Below, in pieces: positions 16,785-64,000 of a DNA stretch of 64,000 bases (its first letter is position 1; every line of letters begins with the position of its first letter). The stretch lies in the NCBI RefSeq assembly GCF_009914755.1, contig NC_060943.1; one strand, 5' to 3'. A program made the translations under genes and the position numbers. The DNA is from the human T2T-CHM13v2.0 reference genome, Homo sapiens. Below the pieces are notes generated by a model that ran no database searches, had not been told where the DNA came from, and saw only the letters and a program-made list of their open reading frames with translations.

Positions 16785-17007
16785 TTGTTCTGGAATTAGT
16801 GGTGATTGTTGCACGATCTTGTGAATATACTAAAACTCCCTGAATTTTATGTAAAAGGGTGAATTTTTTGGTATGTTATGTGAATTACATTTCAATTTTT
16901 AAAAATTGATTCTCCAAATTATGTACATATTTAAAGAGTACATGAAAGAGAGGGAGAGAAAGAAAAGCTGGATGCGAGATGCCGCAACCTGATTCCACTC
17001 ACTCCTA

Positions 17008-17590
<583 letters not shown>

Positions 17591-17631
17591 CTATAAAGAG
17601 CTAGACGAAAGTCTTAGACCAGTATTTCTCA

Positions 17632-18126
<495 letters not shown>

Positions 18127-20113
18127 TTATACCTCTTCTCCAACTGCGAAGTCAGAGCTTTTTCATGCAGGCTGAGAAAACTCCGAATAAGGCAACTTCA
18201 GGCCAGGACATAAGACGCATTCCATATTTCACTGTAATTGCTTTCAAATTAGGTTATGTCGTCATGTAACAGGCACACACAGTGCACTTGCTTTGCCCCT
18301 GGCTGGGGTTGGGTCCTGGACAGGCTGCCCCGTGTGTCGCTGAACTGCCGCAGTGCTAGCCCTGATTGCCTGGGCAGTAGGGCTGTCTGCGTCCCACGTT
18401 GCTGCACCCATCTAATTTGTGGCTGTGTTATTGTGACCTGCTCGTTTTCTGTTCTTTCAACCTGCTTCCTGGCTTTTATCTCCTTCAGAATCTGGTGGCA
18501 GTGGATCTTCAAAAAGTGCTCAGGTGTGCAGTCTCACAGGCCAGAGGCTCCACGGGCCCCCTTGCCAGGGCGAGCATCTCTGCCTGTGCCGCTGGTAACC
18601 CAGATTCCAGAAGGCTTAGCCGTCTGGCCCTGAAAGCGCCTTTATAGTTGGTGATGAAGCCCATGGGCTGGGGAGCCGTTTCTGCTTTCAGGAACTGAAA
18701 AGATGCCCCAGTGGGGCTAGGCCTTGCCTGAGGTCTGGCAATAGCCTGCCAGATGGGTGATAAGAAGGCCTACCCAGGTGATAAGCCTACCCAGGAATAA
18801 ATAGCTGTACCTCCCCTGTGTCCAAGCCCTGGACACCCTTCCCTAGGACCCATGGAAGCAGGAACCATGGGCAGCGTCAGAGGCCACAGCAGGCAAGGTG
18901 GAAGTTCAGGAGGTGGGACGGCGCCCTCCCCCTCAAAGCAACTGATGCCCCAGCGGAGCGACAAACCCTACACGGTATTTCAGAGCCAAGGTTTGAAAAC
19001 TCCCAGGGTGCTAGGGAGCTCCGTCTGGCCTCCGGGTACCTGGGGTTGGGGCTGGCTGTGGCCAGTTGCAGTCAACCCTGAGCCTGGGCAAAATGCATGC
19101 AGGCTGGTCCTCCTGGGTGATATCCTGCTAGGCGGGTGGGCAGTGTACACGGCAGAAGAGGGTTGCGGCATGAGGCAGCAAACGTTTTTTTCTAAAATCT
19201 TGTCAAGCGTGGGGTCCGTGGAATCCACATGTGAGCATCAGCCTGGTGGGTGGGGAGAGTGAAGCCTGCGATCCAGTCTGGATCATGTGCTACACAGTGC
19301 AGAGCCGGCATGCTCACCCCTCCTGAGGGATCGCTCGAGCCTATTTCTAGGCCCAAAGCGACTTTGCAAGAGACTCCCTTTATTCTGGGCTTAGTGGAAT
19401 TCCAGCTTCCAACAGCCATTTCCCTCCACCCCCTTCAGTTCTGAGAACATGTTTTGTAACAGGAAGGCAGGAAGAAAAGAGAAGGCGAGTTTGTTCAGCT
19501 GGGTCAGCCGCATCCCACCAAGGCCCTTTCTTCCCTCCAGCTCACCATCGCTCTGCCCACTGGAACCACTTGGTTGCCCTGTGTCTGCCGAATGTTTGTT
19601 TCTTAATCAGCGCCCCAGAGTAGAGAGGGCTTTGCCTCTTCGGGTTGAGGGAGGGAATCATTGATGAATGGCTCATTAAAGCCCACTGCTGCCACATTCC
19701 TGGGTGCTTAGGTCACCTCCTGAACAATATCCATCATTCATTCACCTACCGCCCCACATCCTGGCGGCTGGGAGGGGTCCCTGTGACGCAGGAAGGACTT
19801 TATGACCAGAGATGCTAGGTCTCCGTCTCCCTCCTGCAGCCCACAGTGACAAAGCAGAAACTGCTCTTGGGGCCCCCTGAAGCCCGCCTTAGCTGGGTCA
19901 CCATGGGCCTTGGCACACGGAGGGGTGACAGTGGATCCCAACTCAACTGACAAGCTTGCCTTTCTCTGTTCTTCCACCCCCCTTCCCCGCACTCACACCC
20001 TGTGCTATTTTAGCAACCAGAGAAGCCTCTTTAATAGGCTGCCCGTGTGCAGGGGCAAGCTCTGAAGCCTCCTCTCTGTGGTTTGGTTCACATGTGTTCT
20101 CAAAGACAGATGA

Positions 20114-20620
<507 letters not shown>

Positions 20621-20873
20621 TGACCTGACTCTGCTGTCTCTCCCTCACTGGCCAGCACCTCCCATTCTACTCAGACATCGTGGAATGAATGCCCACCCCG
20701 TGTTTGTATGTATCATCTGTGTCTGTGTGACATTAAGCAAGTCACTGAACCTCTCCCTGCCTCAGTTTCCTCATCAAATGGAGATAATATCGCATGTGAT
20801 CATGGGGTTGGAGGTTTTAAAGAGTTGCTAATGTGTAAATAGTAAGAACTAGCAATTAGCCGTTATAGCATAA

Positions 20874-21222
<349 letters not shown>

Positions 21223-24200
21223 GCCAGAATGTAAATGATAACTGTTTTGCTTCCTCCTGTGTCCAGTACATAATAGGGCTCCAAGTCAGTATTTGTGAGG
21301 CAGGTGCATGCCTCTTAGTTGCGGTCCTGAGGGCATGGCCACTGCCACGTTCTGGACAGTCAGAGTCGCTGCTGCCCCTGGAAGATGACCGCGATCATGA
21401 AGCCCAGGAGAGCTCGATGCTTTTTGCCTTTCCCTCCTCCCACAGAGGGCTGGCAGCTCTGGTTCCTCCCAAATGAAATAGAAACCTTGAGTTTGCATTT
21501 CTTCTTTGGCGTGCCGGCAGGGCACCTCTGCCTTCCTCTTCCTGCCAGGGGGAGGAAGTTTCTCTCAGGGGCTCTTCACCCTGCTTTATTCCTGGCCATC
21601 ACACATTGACCCTTGTCCCCTTCGGCTCTTTCCCCGCATGGCAGGGACAGCATGACCGTTTAATGGCTTTGTGAGGCCAGCATGCCAGCCTCACTTCTTT
21701 ACTCCCTTCCTTCTCGGAGTGGGCTCTGTCCCTTCTGCAGGAGGGCTTTGGCACATGCTCTTCCCAGTATCTGGAAGGTCTCCCTCATTTTTATCTTATT
21801 AACTCCTCATCCTTCAGCTCAGAGTTTGAGAATGACTTCTTCAAGGACACCTTTCTGTGTCTGCCTCACCAGTCGCTTGGTGCCCCCCCACCCCGCCACC
21901 ATGCTGACCGCACTCTTCAGCTCCCATCCCAGGGGAGGTGACACAAACTCGGCCCCAGGAGCCCAGCACCTGGCTTTAAACCCAGCTCTGTAACTTTCTA
22001 GGTGTGTGACTGATGGGAACAAGCCACTTCACCTCTCAGGCCCTCCGTTTCCTCATCTGCAAAATGGAGGCAGTACTAGCACCTCCCTCCAGAGATGATT
22101 ACGAGGGTGACAGAATTAGTAAGTGACCAAGTGCCTCGAGCAGTGCCCGCCCCTAGTAGACTCTATGGAAGTGTCTGCTGCAGTTATTGCTGTTATTATT
22201 ACCACTTTTCCTAAGGGCGTTATTTCTGGAGTGGACTGATCGCTTGATTAATGAGATCAGACCTGGAGCCTCATGAGAGTGTCTGCTTTTGCTCACTGTT
22301 ATGGATTCAGCACAGGGCCTGGCCCTCTGCTGACCCCCAGCATATGCTTGTCCAGGGAATGAATATGTACGGACCCATGGTGGCCTGGGGCATCATGAGG
22401 TCGGCTGCCCACATTCTGAGAATTTTGCATGGTGGAGGGCGGCGTGGTGGGCGCATAGGGCCCCCATCTATAGAAACCACCTCTCCACACCATCCACCCC
22501 ACGCAGCGTAGTCTAAACCGGGTAGGGAGAGGAAGGATGGAAGCAGAGTGTTATTTTTGTAACCAAGTAGAAGAAGCGATGAATTTTTAATGTCCCATTC
22601 GAACTCCAGCTCCTACTCACCAGTCTCTCCGCATGGAGAAGTGGCCGTCATGGTCGACCTGTTCCCAAGGGTGGCCTTGTGAGTGCAGGCTCTCCTCACC
22701 AGAGCTGAGGGCTTTGTGAACCTCTGATGTCAATAGATGCCCCTCATCTTCCAGGAGGACAAAACAGGGCAAAGCAAGACATGGGGTGAGGACAGGAGTG
22801 CATCAGTGGGGTTCCCCAAGCCTGTGTCAGGTCCGGATCTGGGTGGGAGTTCCCTTCTGCGTCATCCAGGCCAGGCGAGTGGGCATCCTCCCTGAGCACC
22901 TGTGCTTGGGGCTTTGCCTGTGTCAGTCAGGAAGACAGAGTACACGGAAGAGTTACCATTGCTTTCAGAGCAAACCTTCCTTTGACATGCATTTAACACA
23001 GCACGGAGTGATTGACATGTGTCCTTGTGTTTAATCCCTATCTTAACCTCTCGGTTACTGTCCTGTTTATCAGTGAGGAAACTGAGGCTTATTGCTTGCC
23101 TGAGGCCTCAGTGGCAGAAGCAAGATGTGAATCCGCACCTGTGTGATGCCCAAGCCAGAGCTCTTGTTTACTACCCAGAGAAGATGAGCACAGGTGGGAT
23201 GTACGTATGGAGGGCGGGTAGGGCAGCAGCCCCTCTGAGGACAGGTGGCCAGAACCCAAGCGGCGAGGTTTGTTCACAGCCTCCACAGGGTGGGGTGGGG
23301 CCATCCGCAGAGGGTCTCCTGCCATCCCATTTTCCCTGCATACCAGTGGGTGGTCTGAGAGCCTTTGCAGAGAAGAGACTGGATCTCAGCACGTGCTTAT
23401 GTGCGTGTGTACATGCACACACATGCGTGTGATTCATCTGGCTCTTACTTTATGCCAAGGAGCCTGTCAGATGCTTTAAATGTATTTTCCCTAGTTTAAT
23501 TCTTAGAGCACACTGCAAGAGGTAGATTCTGATAAATCCATCTTACAGGGAAGGAAACAGACTTAAGTAGGTAAAGTCACTTGGTTGAAAACATGGAATG
23601 AGTAAGCCAAGGGGCAGGTATTCAAACCCAAACCCAGGTCTGTGCCCCTGCAGAGCCTGCAGGAGCAGCCCACACAGGCCAAGGCTGTGAGGGGTGCTGT
23701 TTGCACGCGTGCGTGGCCCTCCCTGCAGCCCAGGTGCCTAGGTCTGGGCCTGGCAACACCAGAGCACGGGGCCTTGCCCTCGGGGAACAGCCCTCTTTTG
23801 TCCTCAGGCTGTGGGATGTGTCTTGGCTACTTTGCTGCCCAGCAGTGCCTGCTCTCAGGCACATGTGAGAGTAGAGGCCTAGCATCCGTGGCCACTTCCT
23901 TCCCAGCCCATTTGCTGCTGCCCTTTGCTCTGCAGGGCTGCTGGGCTCCTGGGCTCCACGCCTGCTTGCTGCCTGCCATCAAGGCTGGCAGTGCTCTGGG
24001 GCTGTAAAGGTGCAGGCGCCGTACTTCCCAACCCCTGGAGCTCGCACATGGTAGGAGAGAAAGCTCATGTGCATGCAACATCCAATAAGACTAAAAGTGA
24101 CTGGGGGTTGCTACGGGAGAGGTGCTGAGGGTGGGCCGGGGACAGAGCAGGCACACTGTGGAGGGGGTGGGCAGGACTCCTGAGACCAGGGCAGGGAGGG

Positions 24201-25518
24201 AGGAGATGCTGGGAGGCACAGGGCCATCCAGAGAGCTGCCACTTCCTGAGCATTGCCATGCACGCTGCAGGCATGGCCATCTTGAGTCCTCACACTGCCC
24301 GTGGCCTAGGTGGGGTCTTCATCCCCACGTTGCAGAGGAGGAAATGGAAGTTAGGAAGGTTAGGTGACGTGCCCACATGAGTGGTGTAAGCATGGTTCCC
24401 GCCCTGGGCTCTCTGAATTCAGTATTGTATGGGGGAGGCTGGGAAGGTGAGTTAGTACTCTCCGCAGTGAGAACCTGCCTTGGCTCCCCTCCCCTCAAGG
24501 AGTTCATAGCCGTGGGAGGGAGGGAGACAAGAACTGTTGGAGACAAGAACTGTTAGAGACCAGAGAGCAAGGGCGTGATGTGGTCTGCAGGGAGGAGGCT
24601 GTCTGAGGCAGAACCGGGTCAGGGAGGCCATGGTGCGGGTACCCTCCAGGCACGGCATTTGGCCTGACTTTTGAGGGGTGCCCAGGGTTGGCTACATGGC
24701 GGGGCGGAGGTATCTTTAGTGGGGGAACAGCGTTGTGCCACCAGGAGGGGTCTCTGTCTCCCAGGTAGAGGAATTCTCCATGGTGAGAGGTGGTGGTGGG
24801 GGATGGTCTAGCTGTCCACTCTTGCCCCCTTTCGGATTTGGAAGGAAGCCCCATGCTGGGTCCACACTGGTATGGCGTATTAATTAGGCAGCTGCTTTGT
24901 CTGGGAGGGGGCTTTGTGTCGAGTCTCCCTGAATGAGCAGGGCTGGCGACAGTTGTCAAAACACATGGTGCTTGGTCAGAGCCCCCGTAGAAGCCCCTTG
25001 TCCTCCGCATGGCCTCCGCCTGCACCCGGGGCGTGGAATGTGCTCTTGTGTGTCCCTGGCTGTCTGCTTGCTTCTACACTGGCCCCTGCAGATGGAGGGG
25101 GTGGGGTACAGGGGTTCCTATAAGAAGCAGACACTTGGGGTTTTTCCCAGGCCCTGTTGCAGGAGGGTGCGTGGGCTGGTTTCCCTGAAGGCGCCTGGGC
25201 GTGTTGGTGTTAACTGATCTGAGATCTTCTGTGGCCCTGATGTCTATGAGCATGCCCCAGCTTGCAGGGGGCTGAGTAGCCGGGCACCACCAGGAGGCTG
25301 CGTGCCCTGTGCTTGGGTGTACCCATGCCCTGTCAGCATCGTTGGTCTGTTAGGGTCAGGGACTTCGGCTTCTTGTTTAGTACCCTCCATCCCTTCCAGT
25401 TGATCATCAGAAACATTCTCCTTAGATGCGGCTGCCTGACCCCGGTGAGGGGGCCTGCCTCCCACTTGCCTTCCAGCCTCCTCTAAGCTGCACTGAGTCT
25501 TAAAAATAGGAAGGATAG

Positions 25519-25980
<462 letters not shown>

Positions 25981-26612
25981 TCAAAGAGAGACTCGAGGAA
26001 ATCCTGCATTTATGGGAGCTTTTCTTTTCCTGCCACTTTCCTGTTCTGGGTTGTATCTGTGCACGTGATTGGAACGTAGCAGCCTGAGCTCCTGCCTGAG
26101 GAGAGCAGCCACGGGTCACGGAAGCCAGGGTCCAGCTGGGGCCTTTGGGTCTAGCTGGCAGATGAAGGGCTGGCCTTCATCAAGAAAACAAGCCCCATGA
26201 GGGCAGGAGCCCGACCTGTTCATTCCACACCACCGAGCCTGGTGCTCAGTCATGTTTGTGTGACTGAGTGAGCCGGCGGCGGGCTGAGGCGCTTTTGTCT
26301 GGTGTGCGTACTGGTCTCCCTTGAGGCAGCTTGGGGGTGTGGAAAAAGCACATGTTGCCAAAATTGACAGACCTGGGTTCAAATCCAAGCTCTGCCACTT
26401 ACCGCCTGGATGGTCTTGTGATGGGTCATTAACCACCCCGAGCCTCAGTTTCCTCACATCTGCCTCCCGGGGTCACTGTAAGGATCAGAAACAATGTGTG
26501 TATCGGCCATGTACGGTGTGTGTCGGCGAGTGCTCCGTGGCAGCTGCGGTTCTCCTGAGGTCAGAGCTGCGGCCCTGCAGGTGTGTGGAGAGAGCCCCGA
26601 CAGCCAGGCTGA

Positions 26613-55486
<28,874 letters not shown>

Positions 55487-56261
55487 GGCCCCAGAGACCT
55501 GACCCAACACCCCCGACGGCCTCCAGGAGGGGCCTGGGCAGCCCCACAGTCCCATTCCTCCACTCTGTATCTATGCAAAGCACTCTCTGCAGTCCTCCGG
55601 GGTGGGTGGGTGGGCAGGGAGGGGCTGGGGCAGGCTCTCTCCTCTCTCTCTTTGTGGGTTGGCCAGGAGGTTCCCCCGACCAGGTTGGGGAGACTTGGGG
55701 CCAGCGCTTCTGGTCTGGTAAATATGTATGATGTGTTGTGCTTTTTTAACCAAGGAGGGGCCAGTGGATTCCCACAGCACAACCGGTCCCTTCCATGCCC
55801 TGGGATGCCTCACCACACCCAGGTCTCTTCCTTTGCTCTGAGGTCCCTTCAAGGCCTCCCCAATCCAGGCCAAAGCCCCATGTGCCTTGTCCAGGAACTG
55901 CCTGGGCCATGCGAGGGGCCAGCAGAGGGCGCCACCACCACCTGACGGCTGGGGACCCACCCAGCCCCTCTCCCCTCTCTGCTCCAGACTCACTTGCCAT
56001 TGCCAGGAGATGGCCCCAACAAGCACCCCGCTTTTGCAGCAGAGGAGCTGAGTTGGCAGACCGGGCCCCCCTGAACCGCACCCCATCCCACCAGCCCCGG
56101 CCTTGCTTTGTCTGGCCTCACGTGTCTCAGATTTTCTAAGAACCAAAAAAAAAAAAGGAAAAAAAACACAAAACAACAAAAACCAAAAAAAAAAAAAATC
56201 ACAAAAACAAAAAAACTATAAAAAAGAAAGAATTAAAAACTTTCAGAGAATTACTATTTAC

Positions 56262-56267
56262 TTTATT
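56262..56267 (-). terminator. Candidate distal CAPN12 polyadenylation signal (AATAAA on the - strand)
   Basis: TTTATT on +. On the - strand it is followed by a roughly 100-nt U/GU-rich tract (the + strand A-rich run at 56141-56240). Further TTTATT hexamers occur at 56278, 56498 and 56606. Confidence 0.65.
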
Positions 56268-56556
56268 AACTTACGGATTTATTATATAAATATATATTCA
56301 CCTAGCAACATATCTCTGCCGTCTCTCCTGCTCTCATAATGAAGACATAGCCGATTCTCTGCCCGGGCCCCTTGCTGATGCTCCTCCGGGTCTGCGTCGG
56401 GCGTGGGTCTCTGGGGACCCTCCAGAGGTGGAGGTGGGCTGATGGCCTGGCTGCCTGGTGGTTGATGGTTTTGCTCCCCCTACCTTTTTTTTTTGAGTTT
56501 ATTCTGATTGATTTTTTTTCTTGGTTTCTGGATAAACCACCCTCTGGGGACAGGAT

Positions 56557-56562
56557 AATAAA
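56557..56562 (+). terminator. ACTN4 polyadenylation signal AATAAA
   Basis: caggatAATAAAacatg, with ctttttttatttctcctgtgtctgt about 40 nt downstream. Confidence 0.8.
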
Positions 56563-56905
56563 ACATGTAATATTTTTAAGAAGGATTCCTGCAGCATCAT
56601 CTTTTTTTATTTCTCCTGTGTCTGTCCTCCACCTTCTAGGAGAGCCAGGGCAGAGCTAGCACTGTCTTAAGCTGTCAACGTGGACTAGCTCGTGTCATCT
56701 GCTCGAGAGGGGCTGTCGCTGTTCTTGTTTCTGAGTGAGGAGTACGCAGGCCAGAGTGGTCACCCGGCCGTGAGCAGTGAGGGCCAGAGACTAGCCCCAG
56801 ACAGGTGGATGCCAGAGAGAGTGGCACCCATGCCAGGCAAGGCCTAGGGAGGTGGTCTTGCTCAGCAACCCTGCCCTGAGCAGCAGGTGCGCCCATCCGG
56901 AGATC

Positions 56906-63660
<6,755 letters not shown>

Positions 63661-64000
63661 CTGCACGGTGGCCCAGTCAGACCCTGCCCGGCCCCACCTC
63701 GAGGGGGTCCCAAGATCCCGGAAATGACTCCCAGATCCCAAAGCCCCTCACATTTCTTAAATATTGTCAAATACCCTTCAGGCTCCAGAAATGAACCCCA
63801 AATGCCTGGGCCTCTAGCTCTGCCAAATTCCTCCAAGTCCTCAGACATGCCCCACAAATCGCCAAGATTCACAAGCTGCCCCCAAATATCGTTAAATTGC
63901 CACCAACCCCCAAATAGCAAGACCCTCAGACTCTAAATTACCAACAAGTACCCTTCAGCCCCTCAACATTGCCAAATCTCAAGAAATGCCCCAAATATCA

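Larger units (their letters stand above)
55487..56585 (+). other. ACTN4: ACTN4 3' UTR (end approximate)
   Basis: Follows the stop codon; first canonical AATAAA at 56557, with a U/GU-rich downstream element at 56601-56625. Confidence 0.8.

Noticed and set aside
24523-24554. 16-bp tandem duplication GGAGACAAGAACTGTT
   Set aside because: A small slippage duplication deep in the intron with no sign of function.

Overview
Human (or great-ape) genomic DNA, GC- and Alu-rich, matching the ACTN4/CAPN12 locus (19q13.2). Bases 1-26645 are the 3' part of the large ACTN4 intron 1. It holds many Alus, a nested L1/Alu/HERV-W-type solo LTR cluster and a candidate AP-1/SRF/TEAD/CRE enhancer. ACTN4 exons 2-21 follow on the + strand (26646-55486 stop; polyA signal 56557). 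They include two mutually exclusive exon pairs: 8a/8b in the actin-binding domain and 19a/19b in the EF-hand. CAPN12 exons 9-21 lie on the - strand (63660 down to the stop at 56906), and its 3' UTR converges on and probably overlaps the ACTN4 3' UTR. I read all exon boundaries as GT-AG, and the reading frames join correctly. I see no new gene. The most interesting material is splicing and 3'-end architecture: a steric distant branch point, a four-fold NAG acceptor, a shared motif behind 8a and 8b, candidate poison exons, interlocked head-on polyA signals and a G-quadruplex minisatellite. Most ORFs in the supplied track are spurious Alu or GC-rich frames.
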